Shown: positions 20,964 through 30,612, numbered from the stretch's first letter. The stretch: DNA of 64,000 nt from an uncultured virus (IMG/VR IMGVR_UViG_3300029448_000012) (IMGVR_UViG_3300029448_000012); one strand, 5' to 3'. Translations and numbers: made by a program. The notes: generated by a model not told the origin, from the letters alone.

Positions 20964-22024
20964 TGAAAATAGCAATCCTCAATGATACTCATTGTGGTAT
21001 TCGTAATTCCTCTCAAATCTTTCTAGACAATGCTGAAGATTTCTATAAGAATGTTTTCTTTCCGGAATGTGAAAAACAAGGTGTAACTCAAATTGTACAT
21101 CTTGGAGATTATTACGATAATCGCAAAGTAATTAATGTAAAAGCACTTAATCATAATCGTAAGTGTTTTCTTAATGAAATGCGTAAACGTGGTATGATCA
21201 TGGATATTATTCCTGGCAATCACGATACGTATTTTAAAAATACTAATGACATGAATAGTTTAAAAGAACTACTCGGTCACTTTATGAATGAAGTCAATAT
21301 TATCATGGAACCGACTGTAATGGAATATGGTTCTTTGAAAATAGCAATGCTACCATGGATTGCTCAAGATAATTATGACAAGTCAATGGAGTTTATTGCT
21401 AATTGTAAAGCAGATTGGCTTGGTGGTCATCTTGAACTTGGTGGATTTGAGCTTATGAGAGGTGTAGAAAATCATCATGGCATGAGTCATAAGATTTTTG
21501 AAAGATTTGAATTAGTACTTACTGGACACTTTCACGTATCTTCCCGTAAAGACAACGTTTGGTATCTTGGTAGTCAAATGGAGTTCTTTTGGTCAGATGC
21601 TCATGATCCAAAGTATTTCCATATTGTCGATACTGAAACTCGTGAAATAGAAAAAATCAAAAATCCACACACTTTATTTCATAAAATTGTTTACAATGAT
21701 AAAGAAATGGATTATAATAGATATGATACTTCGGTATTAGATAAGAAATTTGTCAAAGTAGTTGTGGTAGAAAAAACTGATACGTTCAGTTTTGATCGGT
21801 TTATTGATCGTATTCAAAATGAAGACATCTTCGATCTTAAAATCTCTGAAAACTTTAACGAGTTTATCGGTGCAAATGTTAATGACGATGGCCTTGAGAT
21901 TGATGACACACCAAAACTTATGGATGACTATATTGAAGGTGTAGATACTGATCTAGACAAAGATCGTATTAAAGTGATGATGAGAGACCTGATGACTCAG
22001 GCTCAAGCTTTGGAAATCGTATGA
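20963..22024 (+). CDS. gp47: Recombination nuclease gp47 (Mre11/SbcD-like)
   Basis: DTHxG, GDxxD, GNHD, GHFH phosphoesterase motifs. Confidence 0.95.
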   Translation: MKIAILNDTHCGIRNSSQIFLDNAEDFYKNVFFPECEKQGVTQIVHLGDYYDNRKVINVKALNHNRKCFLNEMRKRGMIMDIIPGNHDTYFKNTNDMNSLKELLGHFMNEVNIIMEPTVMEYGSLKIAMLPWIAQDNYDKSMEFIANCKADWLGGHLELGGFELMRGVENHHGMSHKIFERFELVLTGHFHVSSRKDNVWYLGSQMEFFWSDAHDPKYFHIVDTETREIEKIKNPHTLFHKIVYNDKEMDYNRYDTSVLDKKFVKVVVVEKTDTFSFDRFIDRIQNEDIFDLKISENFNEFIGANVNDDGLEIDDTPKLMDDYIEGVDTDLDKDRIKVMMRDLMTQAQALEIV

Positions 22025-23730
22025 TTGTATTTCAAAAAATTAGATACAAAAATTTTCTATCAACTGGTAATAATTTTACCGAATTAGATATTCTTCGGCA
22101 TAAATCAACTCTTATTGTTGGCCAAAATGGATCAGGAAAGTCCACAATGTTGGATGCTATTTCTTTTGCTTTATTTGGTAAGCCTCATCGTAATATCAAT
22201 AAACCTCAACTTATTAACTCAATTAACAATAAGCAATGTGTTGTTGAAGTTGAGTTTCAAGTTGGTGCTGCTCAATTTAAAGTAGTTCGTGGAATTAAAC
22301 CTGGTATCTTTGAAATCTGGAAGAATGGTGAAATGATTAACCAATCTTCGCATGCCAAAGAATATCAACGTATTCTTGAACAAAACATTCTTAAACTAAA
22401 TCATAAGTCATTTCATCAAGTTGTGATACTTGGTTCTTCGAACTTCGTACCATTTATGCAGCTAAATCCACATAATCGTAGGCTTGTGATTGAAGATCTT
22501 CTTGATATTGGCGTTTTTTCAAAGATGAATCAACTTCTTAAAGAAGAAGTTAATGTTATCAAAGAAAATTTAAAAGATATATCATATCAAACAGATTTAA
22601 GTAAAAATAAATTTGATACGCAAAAGAAATATATTGCTGATGTAAAAAAAATTACTGATGAGGCTATCACATATAAAGAAACTCAGATTTCAACAAAGTC
22701 TTCTCAGATTGAAAAATTAGAATTGGATAACGCTAACGTTAGTAAAGATATCGAAGGTAAGCAGGAAAATATTCAAAATGAACTTAATCAACTCAACAAT
22801 CGAAAACAATCACTTATACAGTATAGCGCACAATTCAAGCAACAAATGGCAACAGTCGTTAAAGATGCAAAGTTTTATGAAGAAAATGAAACATGCCCAA
22901 CCTGCGATCAAGATATTGATCAAAAACGAAGACAAGAAAAACTCTCTACGGCTAAGTCTAAGGCAAAAGAATTACAAAGTGCCATGGGTAAGCTCACTGA
23001 AGAGTCAGATCAAGTTGAACAAACTATTTCAGACACAACTGATGCACTTTCCGAAATACGAGACAAACAAAATATCCTACATTCTAACATACAACAAATT
23101 AATAGGATACAGGGTGAAATTGGAGATCTCAGAAAAGATATCGCTGGATCAGCCACCGCTGATTTAAAAGCAGCAGAAAAAGAACTAGAAAATATAAAAG
23201 CACGTCTTTCTTCTCTTATGGATAATAAGATGAGATCAAATGAAGAATATTCTTATAAGTCTGCTATTAGTGAAATGCTTAAAGATACTGGAATCAAAAC
23301 AAAAATTATTAAACAGTATCTACCTGTTATGAATCAGCTGATTAATCAATACCTTCAAGTACTTGACTTTTATGTTGCGTTTGATCTTGATGAAGAGTTT
23401 AATGAAACTATTCGATCTCGTCATCGTGATGAGTTTACGTATGATTCTTTTTCTGAAGGTGAAAAGCAAAGAATTGATTTGGCTCTTCTCTTTACGTGGA
23501 GACAAATTGCTAAGATGAAGAATAGCGTAGCAACAAATCTTCTTATGTTAGATGAAACGTTTGATTCTTCTCTTGATCATGAAGGTGTAGACAATCTTCT
23601 TAAAATTCTTCACACGCTTGGCGATGATACGAATATCTTTATCATCTCTCACAAAGGAGAAATTCTTGATGGTAAGTTCGAAAACAAAATTGAGTTTATC
23701 AAAGACAAAAATTTCTCAAAGATTAAATAA
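22021..23730 (+). CDS. gp46: Recombination ATPase gp46 (Rad50/SbcC-like)
   Basis: GQNGSGKST, CPTC hook, FSEGEK signature, LDE. Confidence 0.96.
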   Translation: MIVFQKIRYKNFLSTGNNFTELDILRHKSTLIVGQNGSGKSTMLDAISFALFGKPHRNINKPQLINSINNKQCVVEVEFQVGAAQFKVVRGIKPGIFEIWKNGEMINQSSHAKEYQRILEQNILKLNHKSFHQVVILGSSNFVPFMQLNPHNRRLVIEDLLDIGVFSKMNQLLKEEVNVIKENLKDISYQTDLSKNKFDTQKKYIADVKKITDEAITYKETQISTKSSQIEKLELDNANVSKDIEGKQENIQNELNQLNNRKQSLIQYSAQFKQQMATVVKDAKFYEENETCPTCDQDIDQKRRQEKLSTAKSKAKELQSAMGKLTEESDQVEQTISDTTDALSEIRDKQNILHSNIQQINRIQGEIGDLRKDIAGSATADLKAAEKELENIKARLSSLMDNKMRSNEEYSYKSAISEMLKDTGIKTKIIKQYLPVMNQLINQYLQVLDFYVAFDLDEEFNETIRSRHRDEFTYDSFSEGEKQRIDLALLFTWRQIAKMKNSVATNLLMLDETFDSSLDHEGVDNLLKILHTLGDDTNIFIISHKGEILDGKFENKIEFIKDKNFSKIK

Positions 23731-23734
23731 TTGG

Positions 23735-23763
23735 TTTACAATCTAATGATTATATGTTATAAT
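23735..23763 (+). promoter_or_regulatory. Early/middle promoter TTTACA-N17-TATAAT
   Basis: Exact motif upstream of gp45. Confidence 0.8.
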
Positions 23764-23794
23764 AACTTATTAATCAAGCACAAAGAGGTATATT

Positions 23795-24472
23795 ATGGAA
23801 CTCAGTGAAAATACTCTTAATATCTTGAAAAACTTTTCAGGTATTAATCCAAACATGATGATTCGTACTGGTAACACCATTAAGACTATCTCTGAAGCAC
23901 GCACCGTTCTAGCCAGAGCGACTGTTGCTGAAGAGTTTCCAGTCGACTTTGGTATCTACGATCTCAATGAATTTATGGGCGTCCTTAGTCTTGTTGATCA
24001 ACCGAATCTCAAATTCCAAGATGAATTTGTTATTGTCAATGATTCAACCGGCCGCTCTAAAGTAAAGTACTTCTATTCATCAGAAGATACTTTGACAACA
24101 CCACAAAAAGATATCACAATGCCAAAAGCAAATGTAAAGTTTACACTTGACAATGATACGATGAATAAGCTTAAGCGCGCAGCATCAACTCTTGGTCATA
24201 GTGAAATTTCTATTTCTGGCAAAGATGGCGTACTCAGTCTTTCTGTGGTTGACTCTCAAAACATGACATCAAATGCTTTCTCCATTGATGTTGATGGTGA
24301 ATTTGCAGAAGATGCCATGTTTAACTTTATCCTGAGTACAAATAACTTAAAAATCTTACCTGGTGATTATGAGGTACAGATTTCATCTAAACTCATTACG
24401 CAATTTAGTCATAAAAGTCTAGACGTAAAATACTGGATTGCTCTTGAAAAAACCTCAACTTTTGGAGTATAA
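23795..24472 (+). CDS. gp45: Sliding clamp gp45
   Basis: LKNFSGIN, FGIYDLNEF, YWIALE. Confidence 0.95.
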   Translation: MELSENTLNILKNFSGINPNMMIRTGNTIKTISEARTVLARATVAEEFPVDFGIYDLNEFMGVLSLVDQPNLKFQDEFVIVNDSTGRSKVKYFYSSEDTLTTPQKDITMPKANVKFTLDNDTMNKLKRAASTLGHSEISISGKDGVLSLSVVDSQNMTSNAFSIDVDGEFAEDAMFNFILSTNNLKILPGDYEVQISSKLITQFSHKSLDVKYWIALEKTSTFGV

Positions 24473-24473
24473 T

Positions 24474-24692
24474 ATGTCGACAGAAACTCTGACACAACTA
24501 CGTGAATTGTCAAATCGTACAGCTCGTTCTATGATCGCGGTTGTTGATGCGATGACTCAACGTGGTGCTATTAAAGGAGAAGAACTCTCCACAATTGGTG
24601 GTCTTCGTGATCAATCAATTCAAATCATTCAGCTGTGTGAACAGGCTGAACAAGAAGCAGCAATGGAAGAAGTTGCCGAAGAACAAGGTTAA
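24474..24692 (+). CDS. Small hypothetical protein
   Basis: SD GGAG; helical, contains QRGAIKGEEL. Confidence 0.6.
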   Translation: MSTETLTQLRELSNRTARSMIAVVDAMTQRGAIKGEELSTIGGLRDQSIQIIQLCEQAEQEAAMEEVAEEQG

Positions 24693-24771
24693 TGCCTTGC
24701 GGGTGGTGCCGAAATACACTCGCCGGGAGCCATGGTTAGCTCCCACCTTTATTATATTATGGAGTATGTGA

Positions 24772-25707
24772 ATGTCTAATGATTTCCTTTGGGTCGAAAA
24801 GTATCGCCCCAAAACTATCGCTGATTGTATTCTACACGATGGTTTAAAAGAAACTTTCCAAAAGATTGTAGAATCAGGCGAAGTGCCAAACATGCTGTTC
24901 AGTGGTACAGCTGGCACTGGTAAAACTACTGTTGCCAAAGCTCTTTGTAATCAAATGAATCTTGATTGGATCATGATCAATGGTTCAGAAGATGGCAATA
25001 TCGATACCCTGCGTGGTAAGATTAAACAGTTTGCTTCCACTATCTCATTACAAGGTGGAGTCAAAGTTGTAATCCTTGATGAGGCTGATTATCTAAATCC
25101 ACAGTCAACGCAACCGGCACTTCGCGGTTTTATCGAAGAATTTTCAAATAATTGCCGGTTTATTCTTACATGTAATTTCAAGAATCGAATCATTGAACCA
25201 CTTCACTCTCGTTGCGGCGTATTTGAGTTCAACACTTCGAAAAAAGACTCTGCTGTTCTTATGCAGCAGATGTTCGAACGTTCTTGTAATATTCTCGATG
25301 ATGAAGGAGTTGAATATGATAAAAAAGATCTTTTGCCGATTGTTTCCAAGTTTGCGCCTGACTGGCGTAGAGTTCTCAATGAACTTCAAAGACGTGCTGT
25401 TTTGGGGAATATGGGTATTTCTACTGCTGGTAGCAGTAGTACAGCCATTGATGATCTATTTTCTCTTTTAAAATCAAAAGACTTTAAACAAATGCGATTG
25501 TGGGTTGTAAACAACATTGACACAGACGCATCTGCTGTCTTTCGTGGTCTTTATGATCGAGCAGTTGATCACGTTCAACCACAATCTATTCCACAACTCG
25601 TATTGATTTTAGCTGACTATCAATATAAACACGCATTCGTTGCTGATCATGAGCTTAATGTTGTAGCATGTCTTACGGAGGTTATGGCAAATGTCCAGTT
25701 CTCCTGA
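24772..25707 (+). CDS. gp44: Clamp loader large subunit gp44
   Basis: LWVEKYRP, GTGKTT, LDEAD, SRC. Confidence 0.97.
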   Translation: MSNDFLWVEKYRPKTIADCILHDGLKETFQKIVESGEVPNMLFSGTAGTGKTTVAKALCNQMNLDWIMINGSEDGNIDTLRGKIKQFASTISLQGGVKVVILDEADYLNPQSTQPALRGFIEEFSNNCRFILTCNFKNRIIEPLHSRCGVFEFNTSKKDSAVLMQQMFERSCNILDDEGVEYDKKDLLPIVSKFAPDWRRVLNELQRRAVLGNMGISTAGSSSTAIDDLFSLLKSKDFKQMRLWVVNNIDTDASAVFRGLYDRAVDHVQPQSIPQLVLILADYQYKHAFVADHELNVVACLTEVMANVQFS

Positions 25708-25939
25708 TATTATTCTTTATACGCAAATTGGTTGTGATTTTTGCGACATCATGAAAAATAAACTAAGTGATTGGGGATATTTATTTCAAGAGGTTAATAT
25801 CTCAAGAATGCCTGAACAAAAAGAATTCTTGCGCAAAGAAGGTCATACATCTGTTCCACAGATTTATGTGAATGGCAAGCATGCTAATAAAGTTGATACG
25901 ATTAATTTTACCGAGGAGATGCTTCGTGAATCCCTTTGA
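25691..25939 (+). CDS. Glutaredoxin
   Basis: CDFC active site and SVPQI motif. Confidence 0.85.
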   Translation: MSSSPDIILYTQIGCDFCDIMKNKLSDWGYLFQEVNISRMPEQKEFLRKEGHTSVPQIYVNGKHANKVDTINFTEEMLRESL

Positions 25940-26303
25940 GTTTGTAAATGATATTAATCATGGTAAGTCTAATATTATGGTTGATGATATCACTGAAAAA
26001 GCTTATAACGCTTTTATGGTAAATCGTAGTTTGTCTTATTTCAATGACACAGTTTTATTTGCCAATGAAATGAATCTTAACGCGCATCTTGATAATCGTC
26101 TACAATTTGACTTTCTTATAAATATAGTTAGAAAAAAGAAAAGATTTTCTAAATGGGCCAAGGCTCAAAAAAGCAGTGACGTGGAAGTAGTTAAAGAGTA
26201 TTATGGTTATAGCAATCAAAAAGCACGCCAAGTCCTCGATCTTCTCACGTCTGATCAAATTGACGATTTAAAAAAGAAGGTTTACCGAGGTGGAAAAAGA
26301 TAA
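25926..26303 (+). CDS. gp62: Clamp loader small subunit gp62
   Basis: YNAFMVNRSLS, RKKKRFSKW, EYYGYS. Confidence 0.92.
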   Translation: MNPFEFVNDINHGKSNIMVDDITEKAYNAFMVNRSLSYFNDTVLFANEMNLNAHLDNRLQFDFLINIVRKKKRFSKWAKAQKSSDVEVVKEYYGYSNQKARQVLDLLTSDQIDDLKKKVYRGGKR

Positions 26304-26703
26304 CACTATAATTCAATGGACACCCGCCTCCATGCTTGAGGTGACATTGAATGAGCCAGATGATTTTCTTAAAGTAAGAGAAACACTGACAAGAATTGGC
26401 GTAGCATCAAGAAAAGAAAATACACTCTTTCAATCTTGTCACATTCTTCATAAACAAGGGCGATACTTTATCGTTCATTTCAAAGAACTCTTTTTACTCG
26501 ATGGAAAAAAGTCTAACTTAGAAGAAAATGATATTGCTAGACGTAACACAATTGCTACTCTCATGTCTGATTGGGGACTAGTCTCAATTGATAATAAAGA
26601 TGATGCTCAGCCTCTAGCACCTATGCGTCAAATTAAAATTATTCCTTTTAAAGAAAAAAATAATTGGACTTTACAACCAAAATATAATATTGGAAACAAA
26701 TGA
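26290..26703 (+). CDS. regA: Translational repressor RegA
   Basis: DDFLKVRETLTRIG, QSCHILHKQGRYFIVHFKEL. Confidence 0.97.
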   Translation: MEKDNTIIQWTPASMLEVTLNEPDDFLKVRETLTRIGVASRKENTLFQSCHILHKQGRYFIVHFKELFLLDGKKSNLEENDIARRNTIATLMSDWGLVSIDNKDDAQPLAPMRQIKIIPFKEKNNWTLQPKYNIGNK

Positions 26704-27857
26704 GCTTTGAATATAATGGATGGGAACGTGATTACCTGAATAACCAAAAACAATATGATGAATTATTTCGTAATTCAATCATGGCAGGTGAGCAAGACGT
26801 TAACGTCAATTTTCTTGAAGAACAAGTATCTCATATTGCAAAAAGACGTTATGCTGCTTCTGTGGCAAACGCAACTGATGGTTTACAATTTGCTTTAGAA
26901 GCACATGGCATAAAAGCTGGTGATGAGGTACTTGTTTCAAATTTTTCTTGGATTTCTTCTGCTACACCGGTTTTAGCAATTGGTGCTATTCCAGTATTTT
27001 GTGAGATTGATTCAGATACGTATCAAATTACTCTTGATAGTATTAAAAGAATGTCGACAAAAAATACAGTAGCTATCATTTATCCATGTTTATTTGGAGC
27101 AATATTTCCGGAAATTTTTAATGTTGTCGAATGGTGTAAAGAAAATAATATTATTTTTATTGAAGATTCATCACAACTTATTGGAACACAATTAAATGGA
27201 GTACCTGCTGGATCTATTGGTGACATTAGCGTTTATTCTTTCAATGACAATAAAGTAATTGCCGGAATCAACGGTGGTGGCATGGTTATGACTAACAATA
27301 AAAACATTAGAGATCATGTTGCAAAATTAGCTTATCATGGAAGAGGATCTAGCTGGAAAGACAGAGATGTCAAATATTTAGGCCGTAATTCTAAAATGTA
27401 TTTGTTTAATGCTAAAGTAATTGAACTGCGTTTAAACAAAATAAAAGAGTACCAATCTCGAAGACAATCGATTGCAAAGATATATGATGAGTTTTTTGCA
27501 AATCATAAACAAGTTTATGTGCAATCATTTCCACATAATTTAAATCACAACTATCACAAATACGTAATTCGATTTGAAAATAAAAAAATAAGAGATAATG
27601 TGAAGGAAAAAACTGGAGCAAATGTACATTATGATCCAGCAATATCTCAAAATACTTATTTTAAAAACAAATATAAAACAGATAAAACTTCTGTATCAGA
27701 ACATTGTGCTGGTACTATCATGTCACTTCCAATTCATGCATGGATGACAAATGAAGAAGTTGAAGAAATATGCGAAACCATTGATCATTCATTATGGGAA
27801 TCGTATATATATATTAATGGATGCCGATCATCGGGTCCATTATTTAACCTTGCTTAA
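26700..27857 (+). CDS. DegT/DnrJ/EryC1/StrS family PLP-dependent sugar aminotransferase
   Basis: GDEVLVS, IEDSSQ, SFNDNKV (PLP lysine), GGGMVMTN, SLPIH. Confidence 0.88.
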   Translation: MSFEYNGWERDYLNNQKQYDELFRNSIMAGEQDVNVNFLEEQVSHIAKRRYAASVANATDGLQFALEAHGIKAGDEVLVSNFSWISSATPVLAIGAIPVFCEIDSDTYQITLDSIKRMSTKNTVAIIYPCLFGAIFPEIFNVVEWCKENNIIFIEDSSQLIGTQLNGVPAGSIGDISVYSFNDNKVIAGINGGGMVMTNNKNIRDHVAKLAYHGRGSSWKDRDVKYLGRNSKMYLFNAKVIELRLNKIKEYQSRRQSIAKIYDEFFANHKQVYVQSFPHNLNHNYHKYVIRFENKKIRDNVKEKTGANVHYDPAISQNTYFKNKYKTDKTSVSEHCAGTIMSLPIHAWMTNEEVEEICETIDHSLWESYIYINGCRSSGPLFNLA

Positions 27858-27872
27858 CAGGAGGTCACAATG
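27817..27872 (+). promoter_or_regulatory. ROSE-like RNA thermometer in the hsp20 5'UTR
   Basis: Two hairpins. The second, ACCUUGCU-UAAC-AGGAGGU, pairs UUGCU against the SD with a bulged G. Confidence 0.7.
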
Positions 27873-28337
27873 ACTAAAGCAACTTATTTGCCAAGAAATG
27901 CATTCCTTGGCTTTGATCACATTTTCGACCAGCTGGAAAATATTCACAGCCAAGCGAAAGATACCTATCCACCACATAACGTAGTTAAACATAGCACGTA
28001 TAAGTACGAAATCGAACTTGCTGTGGCTGGATTTAGTAAAGAACATATTGATATCGAATTAAAAGACCACGTCTTGTCTATTAAAGGTGATAGACCAATG
28101 CGTCGTCCTCAAGAACTTTATGTTCATAAAGGCATCAGTGCTCGTAATTGGGCAAAGTCATTTAGACTGTCGGAATATACCGAAGTAACCGGAGCTGATC
28201 TTGTGGATGGAATTTTAACTGTCAATCTTGAAGTTGTCCTTCCCGAAGAAAAGCTGCCTCGTAAAATTTCAATCGGAAACAACGAGGTAACAAATGACAA
28301 CAATAACGCTGAATTACTCTCAGAATCTTCTCAATAG
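27870..28337 (+). CDS. Small heat shock protein Hsp20 (IbpA-like)
   Basis: GFD..F, YPPHNVVK, ELAVAGF, HKGISAR, DGILTVNL. Confidence 0.95.
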   Translation: MTKATYLPRNAFLGFDHIFDQLENIHSQAKDTYPPHNVVKHSTYKYEIELAVAGFSKEHIDIELKDHVLSIKGDRPMRRPQELYVHKGISARNWAKSFRLSEYTEVTGADLVDGILTVNLEVVLPEEKLPRKISIGNNEVTNDNNNAELLSESSQ

Positions 28338-28536
28338 TTTTGCGAGTGTATTAAAGAAAACTCTTCAAGGTATTATGATTGGGTATATCTTAGCTCGTCA
28401 AACTCAAGCAAATGCACGCCTTGCTAGAATAATGATTCATGAATATAGACGCGAAGGTCATACCGTCGATTCTCTTACTCATGAACTTAATGCTAAAACT
28501 CTTAAAAGTGTTTGGGCGGAGTTTAAAAATGACTAG
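28294..28536 (+). CDS. Small hypothetical protein
   Basis: SD GAGG; overlaps the hsp20 end. Confidence 0.55.
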   Translation: MTTITLNYSQNLLNSFASVLKKTLQGIMIGYILARQTQANARLARIMIHEYRREGHTVDSLTHELNAKTLKSVWAEFKND

Positions 28537-28663
28537 ATGGTTAAGTCAACTGTTTAAAAACATGGCGATGACTCCAGCTGAAAGATATCTTTCTCAAGCT
28601 ACAAATCTTCAAGATTTAGAGCGTAGACAAAGAGATATCTCAAGAGGAAGAGTAAGATTCTAA
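28529..28663 (+). CDS. Small protein, DUF3563-like
   Basis: ERYLSQATNLQDLERRQR motif; SD GGAG. Confidence 0.6.
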   Translation: MTRWLSQLFKNMAMTPAERYLSQATNLQDLERRQRDISRGRVRF

Positions 28664-28675
28664 CACAAATATAAA

Positions 28676-28703
28676 TAATAGGGCAGCGATAGTTGCCCTA
28701 TTA
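28676..28703 (+). terminator. Hairpin overlapping a late promoter (TATAAATA 28670-28677)
   Basis: TAATAGGGCAGC...GTTGCCCTATTA inverted repeat. Confidence 0.55.
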
Positions 28704-28722
28704 ACTACACCAGGAGATCGTA

Positions 28723-29706
28723 ATGTTAGAAACAATTAAAACAAATTCATTTTTTGACGAAAAGACTTTAAATGAAATTGTTAGTGGACATTCCTTATTT
28801 AAAAAATTATTTTGCGAAGAATATCTTAATTCACCGGAAGAAAATATTCATCTTCAAGAATTTCAAACATATAACTTTTGGACCAAAACAAATGGAATCT
28901 TAGAAGAAAGAAGTGAAGAATTCAGATGGGATAGGGTACACGTAGAATACCAAGACATTGAAAACAATGAATGGCCTCAACCAGACGGTAAACCTGAATT
29001 TGTGCAATTTCTCCATGATATTAAAAGTAAATTTAATATGGAAGAATTTCATTATTTTATGTTAGATGAACTTAATACTAGATTATCAAATTATTGTGAT
29101 AAATTTGGCAGAATATATTATTTTGCGCTATATGATTTAAATCATTGTTTTGAAACGCACTGTGATGGACGAGATATAAAAGATAAAAGATTACCGATTC
29201 CAGACAATTGGGATAATCTTACTCGAGAAGACTGGCATCAAGAAGATGATGTTAACTATACTAGACAAGGGCTAATAAACTTAGATGTTGCTGACCCGAC
29301 AGATGGTACAGTTATGTTCGAACAATCTTTTCCATATTCAGTCTATATTGATATGAGTTGTAAATTTGGCGAAATGCCATATAATAAGAAAAATAAACCA
29401 AGAATTCAGTTTTTAAAAGGCGATAAACCGTATCGATTTGGTGCAGAAATTAAAAACTTTACGCATAAGCTTATGAATATTGATGATTATGATGAAATTA
29501 TGGAACATTGTTTCGATGAATCGGTGTTTCCACATGAAGCAACATATGGATTAAGCTTAGAAAAAGTTTTAACTTTAGACAATCCTGGAACAATGTATAC
29601 ATGGGACTGCGAAAAATTTCACAAGGTAAAACCATTTCCAGATACAGTTGATCCACGACGAAGACGTTTAACAACACACTTTACTTGCGTAACAAAGGAG
29701 AGCTAA
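28723..29706 (+). CDS. Putative 2OG-Fe(II) dioxygenase-like protein
   Basis: HCD (HxD), distal FH, then R; GT strand spacing fits a DSBH fold. Confidence 0.5.
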   Translation: MLETIKTNSFFDEKTLNEIVSGHSLFKKLFCEEYLNSPEENIHLQEFQTYNFWTKTNGILEERSEEFRWDRVHVEYQDIENNEWPQPDGKPEFVQFLHDIKSKFNMEEFHYFMLDELNTRLSNYCDKFGRIYYFALYDLNHCFETHCDGRDIKDKRLPIPDNWDNLTREDWHQEDDVNYTRQGLINLDVADPTDGTVMFEQSFPYSVYIDMSCKFGEMPYNKKNKPRIQFLKGDKPYRFGAEIKNFTHKLMNIDDYDEIMEHCFDESVFPHEATYGLSLEKVLTLDNPGTMYTWDCEKFHKVKPFPDTVDPRRRRLTTHFTCVTKES

Positions 29707-30150
29707 ATGAACGTAGAACAACTTAGAAAAGAATTAGAAATTGATGAGGGCGTAAAACATGAAGTATACCTGGATCATCTTGATCTCCCTACTTTTGGTA
29801 TCGGTCATCTTATACTCGAAACAGACCCAGAATTTGGAGCCGAAGTCGGCACACCTGTCACTGAAGAACGAGTCATTGAAGCATTCAACGCAGACCTCGA
29901 CATCGTGCTCGGAGACTGTAGACGACTCTACGACGATTTTGACAGCCTGCCAGAAGAAGCCCAGCTTATCGTGGCAAACATGTGTTTCAATCTTGGACTA
30001 CCTCGTTTGTCCAAATTTAAAGGAATGAAAGCCGGTGTAGATGCTCGTGATTGGAATAAAGCTGCTGATGAAATGGTAGATTCTCGTTGGTATAAGCAGG
30101 TTACTAATCGCGCGCAACGTCTTGTCGATCGGATGAGAGCTCTTGCTTAA
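29707..30150 (+). CDS. Lysozyme / endolysin (GH24-like)
   Basis: DEG..YxD..PTFGIGH, NMCFNLG, AADEMxDSRW. Confidence 0.9.
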   Translation: MNVEQLRKELEIDEGVKHEVYLDHLDLPTFGIGHLILETDPEFGAEVGTPVTEERVIEAFNADLDIVLGDCRRLYDDFDSLPEEAQLIVANMCFNLGLPRLSKFKGMKAGVDARDWNKAADEMVDSRWYKQVTNRAQRLVDRMRALA

Positions 30151-30424
30151 TATTACAGATTCAGCAAAAGAATATTTAAATAAAGTCGGACAACCGAATG
30201 TATGGTTGTCCGTTAAAGGTGGCGGTTGTTCTGGGTTTACTTACGTCTGGGATGTAACCGATAAAGATCCTACAGTTGAAAACTTGGCATTAGATCCAAT
30301 GGCTGAAATGTTTGTTGTCGGATGTACAATTGATTACGTTAATGAGCTTGGTGGATCTTATTTAAAAGTAATAAACCCTAACGCTACAGCCTCATGCGGG
30401 TGTGGAGAAAGTTTTGCAGTATAA
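30143..30424 (+). CDS. Fe-S cluster assembly A-type carrier (IscA/HesB)
   Basis: GGGCSG and NPNAxxxCGCGESF. Confidence 0.92.
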   Translation: MLNITDSAKEYLNKVGQPNVWLSVKGGGCSGFTYVWDVTDKDPTVENLALDPMAEMFVVGCTIDYVNELGGSYLKVINPNATASCGCGESFAV

Positions 30425-30612
30425 TGGAAATGATTTGGCATATATTATTAACGGTGTGCGCGGGTAGTACCTGTATAGATCAAGACATACAATGGTTTGA
30501 AACAAAACTTCAATGCGAAACCATGCTCGTAAAATATGTAGAAGTTCCAGCAGACGGTCCATGGGATACCGTTGAATATCAGTGTAAACCACTAAATTCT
30601 AAGTCCCTTTGA
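30424..30612 (+). CDS. Small Cys-containing, possibly exported protein
   Basis: Hydrophobic N-terminus, four Cys, coupled start. Confidence 0.5.
   Translation: MEMIWHILLTVCAGSTCIDQDIQWFETKLQCETMLVKYVEVPADGPWDTVEYQCKPLNSKSL

Noticed and set aside
27775..27815. Heat-shock sigma (RpoH) promoter for hsp20
   Set aside because: Only a weak match in AT-rich sequence; cannot be supported
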